A DNA stretch of 61,614 bases, filler included, from Chiloscyllium plagiosum (taxonomy: Eukaryota), in the NCBI RefSeq assembly GCF_004010195.1. It is 4 parts of one record of this genome, joined end to end, with 100 filler letters (N's around TTAATTAATTAA, not from the genome) between each part and the next. Parts side by side here need not be neighbours in the genome. Positions count along the whole stretch, not along the records: positions 10,873 to 36,897 come from NC_057717.1; 3 more parts are not named here. One strand, written 5' to 3'. Of this stretch, positions 15,665 to 26,629 are shown piece after piece. Position numbers and translations under genes: made by a program. The first letter of the stretch is position 1, and every line of letters starts with the position of its first letter. Under the pieces are notes generated by a model. It did not search any database, was not told the DNA's origin, and saw nothing but the letters and a program-made list of their open reading frames with translations.

Positions 15665-16361
15665 TACCCGAACGCCCACATTGTAACATCCTGATATACC
15701 CGATAGCCCTCACTGTAACACTGATTTTCCAGACAGCCCTCACTGTAACATCCTAATATACCCAACAGCCCTCACTGTAACGTTAATATACCCGACAGCC
15801 ATCACTGTAACATCCTGATATACCCGACAGCCCTCACTGTACTATCCCGATATACCGACAGAGTTCACTGTAACATCCTGATATACCGACAGCCTTCACT
15901 GAAACGTCCTGATATACCCGACAGCCCTCACTATAATATCCTGATATACTCGACAGCCCTCACTGTAACACTGAAATACCCTACAGCCCTCACTGTAACA
16001 TCCTCATATACCCAACAGCCCTCACTGTAACATCCTGATATACCCGACAGCCCTCACTGTAACATCCTGATACACACGCCAGCCCTCACTGTAACGATGA
16101 TATACCCGATAGCCCTCACTGTAACATCCTGATAAATCCAACAGTCCTCACTGTAACATCCTGATATACCCGAGAGGCCTCACTGTAACACTGATATACC
16201 AGACAGCTCTCACTGTAACATCCTGATATACCCGACAGCCCTCACTGTAACACTGATTTACCCGACAGCCCTCACTGTAACATCCTGATATACCCGACAG
16301 CCCTCACTGTAACATCCTGATATACCCAACAGCCCTCACTGTAACACTGATATACCCGACA

Positions 16362-16492
16362 GGAGAAAGTGAGGTCTGCAGATGCTGGAGATCAAAGTTG
16401 AAACTTTATTGCTGGAACAGCACAGCAGGTCAGGCAGCATCCAGGGAACAGGAGATTCGACGTTTCGGGCACAGGCCCTTCTTCAGGAATGG
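16362..16492 (-). mobile_element. Non-autonomous Penelope-like (pLTR-derived) mini-element
   Basis: ~130-bp non-satellite insert flanked by direct repeat tatacccgaca (16351-16361, 16493-16503). It carries a hammerhead motif and a minus-strand AATAAA. Same family as 48536-48700. Confidence 0.82.
16455..16490 (-). ncRNA. Minimal type I hammerhead ribozyme motif
   Basis: Minus strand reads attc-CTGAAGA-a-gggc-ctgt-gccc-GAAAC-GTC-gaat. It has both core boxes, a 4-bp helix II, a 4-bp helix I (attc/gaat) and a palindromic ACGT helix III. Confidence 0.8.
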
Positions 16493-18723
16493 TATACCCG
16501 ACAGCCCTCACTGTAACATCCTGATATACCCGACAGCCCTCACTGTAAGATCCTGATATACCCGACAGCCCTCACTGCAACACTGATATACCCGACAGCC
16601 CTCAATGTCACGATGATAGACCCGACAGCCCTCAGGGAAACATCCTGACATACCTGACAGCCCTAACTGTAACAGTGATATACCTGACACCCCTCACTGT
16701 AAAGCTGACATACACGACAACCCTCACTGTAACATCCTGGTACACACGAAAGCCCTCACTGTAACGATGATATACCCGACAGCCCTCACTGTAACATCCT
16801 GATATACCCGACAGCCCTCACTGTAACATCCTGATAAACCCGAGAGGCCTCACTGTAACACTGATATACCCGACAGCCCTCACTGTAACACTGATATACC
16901 CGACAGCCCTCACTGTATCACTGATATACCAGACAGCCCTCACTGTAAAACTGATATACCCGACAGCCCTCACTGTAACATCCTGATATACACGACAGCC
17001 CTCACTGTAACGTTCCGATATACCCGACAGCCCTCACTGTAACATCCTGATATACACGACAGTCCTCACTGTAACATTCCGATATACCCGACAGCCCTCA
17101 TTGTAACACTGATATTCCCGACAGCCCTCACTGTAACATCCTGATATACCCGACAGCCGTCGCTGTGACGATAATATTCCCGACAGCCCTCACTGTAACA
17201 TCCTGAATTACCCGACAGCCGTCGCTGTAACGATGATATTCCCGACAGCCCTCACTGTAACATCCTGGTATACCCGACAGCCCTCACTGTAACATCCTGT
17301 TATACCCGACAGCCGTCGCTGTAACGCTGATATACCCGACAGCCCTCACTGTAACATCCTGATATACCCGACAGCCCGCACTGTAACATCCTAATATACC
17401 CAACAGCCCTCACTGTAACGTTAATATACCTGACTGCCCTCACTGTAACATCCTGATATACCCGACAGCCCACACTGTAACACCCTGATATACCGACAGC
17501 TTTCACTGTAACGTCCTGATATACCCGACAGCCCTCACTATAACATCCTGATATACCCGACAGCCCTCACTGTAACACTGATATACCCGACAGCCCTCAC
17601 TGTAACACTGATATACCCGACAGCCATCACGGTAACATCCTGATATACCCGATAGCCCTCACTGTAACGTTAATATATCCGACAATCCTCACTGTAACAT
17701 CCTGATATACCCGACAGCCCTCACTGTAACACTGATATATCCGACAGCCCTCAGGGAAAAATCCTGATATACCCGACAGCCCTCACTGTAACAGCCTGAT
17801 AGACTCGACAGCCGTCACTGCATCATGCTCATATACCCGACAGCCCTCACTGTAACACTGATATACCCGACAGTCGTCACTGTAACGCTGATATACCCGA
17901 AAGCCCTCACTGTAACATCCTCAAATACCCGACAGCCCTCACTGTAACATCCTGGCATACCCGACAGCCGTCACTGTTACGATGATATATCCGACAGCCC
18001 TCACTGTAACATCCTGATTGAGCCAAGAGACCCCACTGTAACAGTGATATACCCGATAGCACTCAATGTAACACTAATATACCTGACAGCCCTCACTGTA
18101 ACGATGATATACACGACAGCCCTCACTGTAACATGCTGATATACCCGACAGCCCTCACTGTAACATCCTGATATACCCGACAGCCCTCAATGTAACACTG
18201 ATATATATGACAGCCCTCACTGTNNNNNNNNNNNNNNNNNNNNNNNNNNNNNNNNNNNNNNNNNNNNNNNNNNNNNNNNNNNNNNNNNNNNNNNNNNNNN
18301 NNNNNNNNNNNNNNNNNNNNNNNNNNNNNNNNNNNNNNNNNNNNNNNNNNNNNNNNNNNNNNNNNNNNNNNNNNNNNNNNNNNNNNNNNNNNNNNNNNNN
18401 NNNNNNNNNNNNNNNNNNNNNNNNNNNNNNNNNNNNNNNNNNNNNNNNNNNNNNNNNNNNNNNNNNNNNNNNNNNNNNNNNNNNNNNNNNNNNNNNNNNN
18501 NNNNNNNNNNNNNNNNNNNNNNNNNNNNNNNNNNNNNNNNNNNNNNNNNNNNNNNNNNNNNNNNNNNNNNNNNNNNNNNNNNNNNNNNNNNNNNNNNNNN
18601 NNNNNNNNNNNNNNNNNNNNNNNNNNNNNNNNNNNNNNNNNNNNNNNNNNNNNNNNNNNNNNNNNNNNNNNNNNNNNNNNNNNNNNNNNNNNNNNNNNNN
18701 NNNNNNNNNNNNNNNNNNNNNNN

Positions 18724-20716
18724 TCAAGGCTGCCCCCTGTCCAGCCAGCTGTATTCCCTGTGCGTCGAGCTTTTTCTGCGCCTCTTGTGGAGGAGTTTGT
18801 GGGCGCTGGTTCTGTGCGGCGCAGGCACGGGGGTGGTCCTCTCGGCCTACGCCGATGACGTGCTTCTCACTTTCACCGACCCGGCTGACCTGGAGAGGAT
18901 GCGCGAGTATCAGGCCGTGTACTCAGCAGCGTCTTCCACCAGGATCAACTGGGCCAAATGTTCCGGATTGCTGGTCAGTCTGTGGCGGGTGGACTCTCTG
19001 CCGGAGGAGTTAAGGGGGTTCAGCTGGAGTACCACCCATCTCCTCTACTTGGGTTCTACCTCAGCCTGGCTGAGGAATCCTGGCCGGCCAACTGGCAGGA
19101 GCTGGAGGTCAAAGTCTCGGTTCGCCTAGGCTGCTGGACAGGACTGCTCCAAGTGCTATCTTACAGGAGTCGAGTGCTGGTCATAAACCAGCTGGTGGCC
19201 GCCATGCTGTGGTACCGGCTGGTGACTTTGGTCCCTCCTCCTGGCTTTGTCGCTGACATCCAGAGAACGTTGGTCGACTTGTTCTGGGATAAAAAGATGC
19301 ACTGAGTCGCCGCGCAGGTTCTGAGTCTCCTTATTGAGGAGGGCGGTCAGTCGTTGGTATGCGTCCACACCCAGGTCGCGATGTTCTGCTTTCAGACCTT
19401 GCAGCGATAGCTTTACGTCGAGCCTCCTCCTAGGTGGTTCGCCCTGGTGATATATTTTTTTTCTGCCAGGTGCGTAACCTCAACTACGACACGCAGCTCC
19501 TGTTCGTCGACCGCGACGGTTTGGAGGTCGCCCTCAAGACGCTGCCTGTCTTTTACCAGGACCTGACCACTGTCTGGAACATGGTCGAATCGCACTGCGC
19601 CTACCCTCCAGCTGGAGTAGCGGCTGTCGTCAGGGAGCCGTTGCTCAGGAATCCGCACCTCCGTACTCGCGGGTCCGAGTGGCTGTCGGAGGAGAGGGCC
19701 GCGGCGGCGAGGGTGACCAGGGTCGGGGACGTGCTGGGTGCCGGGGGCCTGGGCTGGACGCTGCCGCAGGACATAGCAGGCAGGGCGGCGGTAGACGTCC
19801 AGTACGTGGCCACCGCCATCCGACGCCTCAAAACGGCGGTGCTCGGACCCGACGTAGTACACCAGTTGGAGGACGCTCAGGTGCGCGGTGGGATCCCGTC
19901 CGCGCTCACCCCAGCCCGGACGGAATTTCACATTGGCCCCAAGGTCCCGTACGTCCCGCGGGAGCCTGTGCCCCACAACCTGAGCCGCCTCCGAAATTTT
20001 AACTTTGTTTCGTTTAGGGAGGTGAACAGGAGAGCCCTGTACAGACTGCTGCTGCACACCGTCCACCTCTTCTCCCTCATCCACCGTCCGGACACGCCTT
20101 GGCGTGCCCATTTGCCACCGGGCGGTGGGGATCCCCAGTGGAGGGCTCTCTACGCGGGAGTCCTCCCCCTTCCNNNNNNNNNNNNNNNNNNNNNNNNNNN
20201 NNNNNNNNNNNNNNNNNNNNNNNNNNNNNNNNNNNNNNNNNNNNNNNNNNNNNNNNNNNNNNNNNNNNNNNNNNNNNNNNNNNNNNNNNNNNNNNNNNNN
20301 NNNNNNNNNNNNNNNNNNNNNNNNNNNNNNNNNNNNNNNNNNNNNNNNNNNNNNNNNNNNNNNNNNNNNNNNNNNNNNNNNNNNNNNNNNNNNNNNNNNN
20401 NNNNNCCCTGGAGTTGTTCAGGGGGAGGTGGGCGCCGCAGGGAGTGGAGTGCATCATTTCCCCCTCCAACCCTATTTTGATTTAGTCCCTACCCTCCCCC
20501 TCACTGTTTTGATCACACAGCACTGCCCTTTGATGTGAAGGGCAGTGTTTGTCACTGGCCACCCGGGTGTTTTCCTATCTTCCTGGTGGTGGAAATTGAA
20601 TAAAGATTCGTGCACTTTGTGTCTTTCACTGTGTCTCACACCTGCACACACATACCATGGGTGCTGGGGAAAAAAATAAGCACTACCGCACTTAGGTGGT
20701 AGTGTGGGGGTTTAGG
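18724..20716 (+). mobile_element. Tx1/L1-clade LINE, ORF2 RT-to-3' end (frameshifts, stops, internal gap)
   Basis: RT motif VVLSAYADDV...SSTRINWAKCSG, followed by LSYRSRVLVINQLVAAMLWY. GC/CpG-rich body. 3' UTR with AATAAA at ~20599. Confidence 0.9.
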
Positions 20717-20727
20717 AAGAAAGAAAC

Positions 20728-21597
20728 ATAGACTGCTGCTGCATACCGTCCACCTCTTCTCCCTCATCCACCGTCCGGACACGCCTTGGCATGCCCATTT
20801 GCCACCGGGCGGTGGGAATCCCCAGTAGAGGGCTGTCTAAGTGGGAGTCCTCCCCCTTTCTCTCGGGGATCTGGGGTGGTGGGTGCTGCACGCAGCAGTC
20901 CCCTGCAACCGCGGATTGCGGTGGTTCATGGACTCCGAGCCCAATCTCTTGAACTGTGGCGCTGTGGAGTCCGTGGACCACGTGTATATTGGGAGTGGGC
21001 ATTTGCACTCCCTTTTTGATTTTCTTAAAAACTTCCTCCTCTGCTTTTGGTTGCACTTCAGTCCTTCTTGCACGCTCCTGACCTTCAGGCACACAATACG
21101 AAGGAGGGAGGGCCTCCTGAAGATCTCCTTCTGGATCTGCTCCTGGGCCTTGCCAAACTGACCATAAACAGGTCGAGGCAGCGGGCCGTGGGGGGGCGGG
21201 GTCGTTAGGGCCGACTGCCTGCCCCTCTTCCGCGGTTACGTTAGGGCCCGGGTGTCCTTGGAGAAGGAGCACGTAGTGTCCACCAACACCCTCGAGTTGT
21301 TCAGGGAGAGGTGGGTGCCGCAGGGAGCTGAGTGCATTATTTCCCCCTCCAACTCTATTTTGATTTAATCCATGCCCTCCCTTCCATTGTTTGATCACAC
21401 AACATTACCCTTTGATGTGAAGGGCACTGCTTGTCACTAGCCACTCGGGTGTTTCCTTTCTTCTTGGTGGTGGAAATTTGAATAAAGATTCGTGCACCTT
21501 GTTGTCTCTCACTGTGTTCCACACACCTGCACACACATAACTGGGGGAAAGAATAAGCGCTACCACAGTTATGCGGTAGTATGGGGAGTTTAAAAAA
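20728..21597 (+). mobile_element. Second, 5'-truncated Tx1/L1-clade 3' end in tandem with the first
   Basis: Homologous to 20043-20715. Degenerate C-terminal zinc-knuckle region (WVLHAAVPCN...CGAVESVDHVYI), AATAAA at 21481 and a short A tail. Confidence 0.88.
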
Positions 21598-22345
21598 GAC
21601 AGAAGTGTAGAACATCCTGTTCACTCTTAAAAAAAATAATGTGGGTAACTGTGAACCTGTGCTTTTTTCTTCAGGAAGAATAACAGGCTGTGTATTACAG
21701 AAATGGAGAGGGATTACAGGACTTAGTCATACCGTGTGTACTGGACGGTTCACTCTGATCTGTCCAGACATGGGAAGTGTGGCCCCATCTCTCTGATGGT
21801 CTGCTCCCTGATGTTCACAGTGTCCCCATTACTCTCAGTATACATCGGATATTTTGATGTGGTTGGTTGGAGGTGGGACTTGGTGAGGGAGAGGATGCTT
21901 TGACCCCTGTACCAACGGGACTGCCTTTATCGGAAAGGCCATCATTCCTTTCTCCGTGGAGACCCGAGGACAATGGGAATGACTGCCTGCTTCTGAATGA
22001 ATAGGCTGTGGCTGCTGCCAGGACAGTGGGTATTCACCAACTTGATGTATTGCACCTGGGCACACTGTAACATTAATTGGTTGAGAGACAGAGAGGAATG
22101 GGAACTAAAGGCATCGCCAAATCAGCTGAAAGGTTTAGATATACCACATTCTCAATCCACCTCACAGAACCAGCCCAGACACCATCAACCCAGAGGGGAT
22201 ATCTGTTCACCGTGGAACACTGTGTACACCAGGCCAGCATACTGCTCAGTACAACCCAGCAATCTGTTCAGAGTGGAACACTACGCAGATCAGATCAGGA
22301 CATTGAACTATAAACCATCTGTCGAGTCTGGGAAGCTGGGATAGA

Positions 22346-22560
22346 GACAAAAAAATACTCTGCTGATGCTGGAATCCAAGGTAGACAGGCAGGAGACTGG
22401 AAGAACACAGCAAGCTAGGCAGCATCAGGAGGTGGAGAAGTCGACGTTTCGGGAGCAACGCCTCTGCAGGAGCCCTGAAGAAGGTTTACACCGGAAATAT
22501 CAAATTCCACACCTCCTGATGCTGCCTGGCTTGCTGTGTTCCTCCAGCCTCCTATCTATC
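22346..22560. mobile_element. Penelope-derived mini-element with inverted arms and degenerate hammerhead motifs
   Basis: Arm ...gcagcatcaggaggtggagaagtcgacgtttcggg... is mirrored by ...ctgaagaaggtttacaccggaaatatc...cctcctgatgctgcc... (~90-bp imperfect inverted repeat). Confidence 0.72.
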
Positions 22561-22579
22561 CAGTGTGGGAAGCAGTGGA

Positions 22580-23175
22580 GACCACACCCATGCATTGATC
22601 GATAAACCCGGATGAGATATCTGTCCAGCACCAGGAGCTGTGCAGTGATCACTAATTTCTAACCAGGAGCAGTTACCCTCCCAGCATGTAGAACTGTGTA
22701 CCCCACCCCAGTGCATTGATCTGTGAATCAGGAACAGTTACACTCCCAGCATGTAGTACTGTGTACACCACCCCAGTGCATTGATCTGTAAACCAGGAGC
22801 AGTTACCCTCCCAGCATGTAGAACAGTGTACACCTCCCCGATGCATTGATCTGTAGCCCAGGAGCAGTTACCCTCCCAGCTTGTAGGACTGTGTACCCCA
22901 CCCCAGTACATTGATCTGCAAACCGGGAGCAGTTTCCCTCCCAGCATGTAGAACTGTGTACACCACCCCAGTGCATTGATCTCGAACCCAGGAGAAGTTA
23001 CCCTCCCAGCATGTAGGACTATGTATCTCACCCCAGAGCATTGATCTGTAAACCAGGACCTGTTACTCTCCCAGCATGTAGGACTGTGTACACCACCCCA
23101 GTGCATTGATCTGTTAAGCAGGAGCAGTTATCCACCCAGCATGTAGGACTGTGTATCACACCCCAGTACATTGCT
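22580..23175 (+). repeat. 65-bp minisatellite (ccagtgcattgatctgtaaaccaggagcagttaccctcccagcatgtaggactgtgtacacca...)
   Basis: The tgcattgat motif recurs at 22712, 22777 and 22842 (period 65). Confidence 0.93.
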
Positions 23176-23927
23176 CAGTAACACTGTGTTAGATCGCTGC
23201 CCAGCGTGGGGAAACTTGCAGCCCATGCTGGAAGTGACAGGATGTGCAGCTCACATCCATTTACAGCTCCATGTCTCCATTGTGCCATGACAACGGAGTG
23301 CTGTGGGTGTGAACATCACTGCCAGAGAGAGATGGCGGGAGAATCAGTTTAAATATCACCACATGGGAGGGGTTTGGGAAATAGACTGAGAGGGAGAGAC
23401 TGAGAGACAGCATCATGGAAGGATGTGTTCCCAGATTTCAGAATGCAGAAATGAAAACATTTTGACAGAATCCTGTAACATGAGCCAGTGTTTCCAGGAA
23501 TGATGGGTGAACAGAATATGGGTGGATGTTGAGATGATGGAGAGTATTGGATGTGTATTTGTTCTGCAGCTTTGTATCTGGGAGTAGGGCCAGTAGAGTC
23601 TTTGACTGCTGGAGCTGAATCTAACAATAATTTATCTCAGTGACATTTTCCTTGACTGTGACAGAGTCATCATTCACAAAAGGCTGAGCTTTTTTCTGGT
23701 GCTGTCGTATCGAACTCACCTCATGAACTACCCACCCCACCCCATGGTGTCCCTCTCATTCAATACCAGCCCGATTGTCCCTCCCATCATGGCTGGAGGT
23801 ACTCACCATTGCACGGATGTCCCTGGATATTCTGTGATCCCTGGGACTGGTGCTATCTTTAAAAGGCCAATGGGCACACGGTTGCGCTTTCTCTGTTTGG
23901 TGCTGCCCTGCACAGTTTACCCCGAGC

Positions 23928-24610
23928 ATGGCAGATAAGGGACAATTACACCACAGTTTGTCGACAGGGTCACGGAGGTCCTGGTGGATGGGCTAGTACA
24001 GAGGGGCACCATTCTCTTCCCAGAGGGAGCCACACCACCAGACCCACAGAGCGTGGTCTGAGCTCCCCACCCAGCACAGTGCAGTATCTGCAGTCTGAAG
24101 AAATGTCCAGCAATACAGGACAATCATCAATATCCTTCCCCGCTCTGTCAGGATAAGGGTCACCATATTCCCTTTGCTCCCTCACACTCACCGTATATCT
24201 GTTTTAGCACTGACCACTGAACAAGGCTCATGCTCCAACACTGTCACTGCCGCATGTAGCACCTTCATGTTTCTCTCTCTCTTACCACCCTTCACTACAC
24301 CCGCCAAAACAAGAACACTGCATGGATACGACACTGTGTACTGATTCCCTCCGAACCCCTCCCCATGTCCCCCCACCAACACACAAACTCCCACCGTCAT
24401 TCCCTTCCCTCCCTTTCTCCCATTCCAGGAGAAACAGCCTGGAAGAGGACAGAAAGGGCCTATCCGGGTGGTGGAGTGCCCAATATCCCTCACCCCTCCC
24501 CCTCCCATGTGGGAGGACCCTGGTACGAGCCGGAGAGGACTGAGATGCCTCGTGTGGAGATTCTGAAACATCCACGTCCCACCGACCGAGTGAGGAGCAA
24601 TGTTCAGTGA
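23928..24610 (+). pseudogene. Decayed Harbinger-type Myb/SANT-like DNA-binding gene (NAIF1/MSANTD-like), two exons
   Basis: With frameshifts it reads MADKGQ..PQFVDRVTEVLVDGLVQRGTILFP..AWSEL..SAVSAV*RNVQQYRTIINILPRSVR. A mutated donor (ataag) follows at 24153 and a polypyrimidine/CAG acceptor at 24428. Exon 2 reads ..KRTERAYPGGGVPNI. Confidence 0.7.
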
Positions 24611-24717
24611 AGGGCAATTCTCACTTTAAACCCACTGGCAGCTCCGTTTCCCCCCGGCACAACTTAGAAGCCGTGGCCCTGATGCCACCTCCCTTTTATG
24701 TCGAGCTGGTACAAATG

Positions 24718-25025
24718 GGCGGCACGGTGGCACAGTGGTTAGCACTGCTGTCTCACAGCGCCGGAGACCCAGGTTCAATTCCCGCCTCAGGCGACTGACT
24801 GTGTGGAGTTTGCACGTTCTCCCCGTGTCTGCATGGGTTTCCTCCGGGTGCTCCGGTTTCCTCCCACAGTCCAAAGCTGTACAGGTTAGGTAAATTGGCC
24901 TTGCTAAATTGCCCGTAGTTTTATGCAAGGGGTAAATGTAGGGGTATGGGTGGGTTGCGGGTCGGTGTGGACTTGTTGGGCCGAATGGCCTGTTTCCACA
25001 CTGTAATGTAATCTAACCTAAAAAA
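24718..25025 (+). mobile_element. tRNA-derived V-SINE (HE1-like), full length
   Basis: Pol III A box (tggcacagtgg) and B box (ggttcaattcc), V-domain gtgtggagtttgcacgttctccccgtgtctgc, and a taatct/A tail. TSD aaatg. The site is empty in copies B and C. Confidence 0.9.
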
Positions 25026-26629
25026 AAATGTAATCCCCGCGGTCTCGGTGGGCAGGAGGGTGGGCTCACAACACATTGTCACCACCACCTCCCAGGAAGG
25101 GAGCACAGAGACTCCTTCCTACACACTCCCCCTGTAAACAACTCAGATACTGAACCTAATCTATGATAGTAACTGCCCTCCCCACTTGTCGTGACATCTT
25201 CAACAATCTGTGCTCATGTACATTCAGCGCTCTCTGCTCCTGCACCCCCCTTTATAATGGTACAGCCTGTTTTAAAATGTCTTTCATGGTCTTTCCTACC
25301 AAGGTGTATCACCACACACTGCTCTGCATTGATCCCCATCTGCCATAAACCTGAACACTACACCAACGTGTGATTGTCCTGTTAGAGTTCCACACTGTCC
25401 TCCATAGACTTCAGAGTTCTTCCAGGTTCGGTGCCATCTACAAACATTGAGCTTGTTATAACGTCACAGTCCCCAATAAACAAGTGAAATCCTGCTCACA
25501 CTCACGAGTGTGAGCACGTGAAATACTGATATATTCCCACGGACGGAATTGAATAATGACTTGCTGTCAATTGAGCAACAAAATTTGCTGATACAAACCA
25601 GACGGAGTGAATGAAATATTGACAAACTATAGAGCAATTGATATCCGGATTGGCTCCAAGTATCTATGTTGACATCAGGGTATTCATGTAATGAAGTTGA
25701 ATGTGTGTATGTACCTTTTAGAGAGAGGGAAAGCTGTTCTGAACTGAGAGCTTCCACGCACCTGTGATATGAGAGGATGGCAGACCCAGAGTGTGAAGGA
25801 CAACTGAAAATATGTCACCTTTGGCTGTGAAATAGACCACTGAGATGGTTGCTCCTTGGACAACATGTCGAATATTACCAATCAGTTTAAAGTATGCCAC
25901 AGGATGCCAAAATCAAATCAAGCTTGAATGTATTGGTTTTCGGAAGTTGAACCAATGCGATGATCCGACGTTGTGCATATTAAAAATGCAGGCATTTAGA
26001 AAATTGCAGACAGAGTAAATGCCATCAACACATATCCAAGAGATTAGGAAACACTCTCTATCAAAGGTACCTTTTCATATGGAACGTATTCACAGTAAAA
26101 AGACAGAAGATGACCCAGGGAGATCAATGGCCACAAGAAGACACACAAACAACAGCTGCTGTGTGATTTTGAAATTAAATGAGTGCAATTTTAATCAGTG
26201 TCTTATTCAAACAGTATATCATTATAGAGTTGGAGTGGGGTAATAAGCAGTTAAGAGAAAGGAGGTCTCAGAATTCAGAATGCTTGATGTAAAAAAGTTC
26301 ACTTTCAGAGTGAAAAAATAAATTGATGTTATTATGTAAACAGTGGAATTTGGGAGTTCTCTGTCGCTCATATTTTAACACTTTACGAGGTGAATTGAGT
26401 ATTTCTTTATGTTTAGTTTAAATAACCAAATGAGCTTCACGCCGTGTCCTCACCATCCCCGTGTGTGTATCTGTGTTTCTGTGTGGGGCAGGACTGGCAG
26501 TGTCTGTGGTGCTTAAAGTGATGCAATGCCACCCTCCCGCTGGCATCCCCACGCCACTGCACAGGCATTGACAGAGGGTGAATACCAACAGGGATTCATT
26601 CAGAGAGGGGAAGGGAGAGGGCAGCTGCT

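Larger units (their letters stand above)
2159..18223 (+). repeat. Large satellite array of 30/32-bp monomers (ccctcactgtaacatcctgatatacccgacag and ccctcactgtaacactgatatacccgacag)
   Basis: Several hundred tandem monomers bounded by N gaps on both sides, with three insertions inside. Confidence 0.98.

Noticed and set aside
2159..18223. Many ORFs with repeated YSEGCRVYQ / VTVRAVGYI / YPTALTVT peptides, and a superficial CRISPR-like periodicity
   Set aside because: These are translations of the satellite. The mix of 30- and 32-bp monomers breaks frame constantly, there are no unique spacers or cas genes, and the context is eukaryotic.
21558..21581. Resemblance of ctaccacagttatgcgg to the antisense of the U1 snRNA Sm-site region
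   Set aside because: The match is short and gapped, with no flanking U1 homology. It is better explained as the Tx1 terminal hairpin also seen at 20681-20704.
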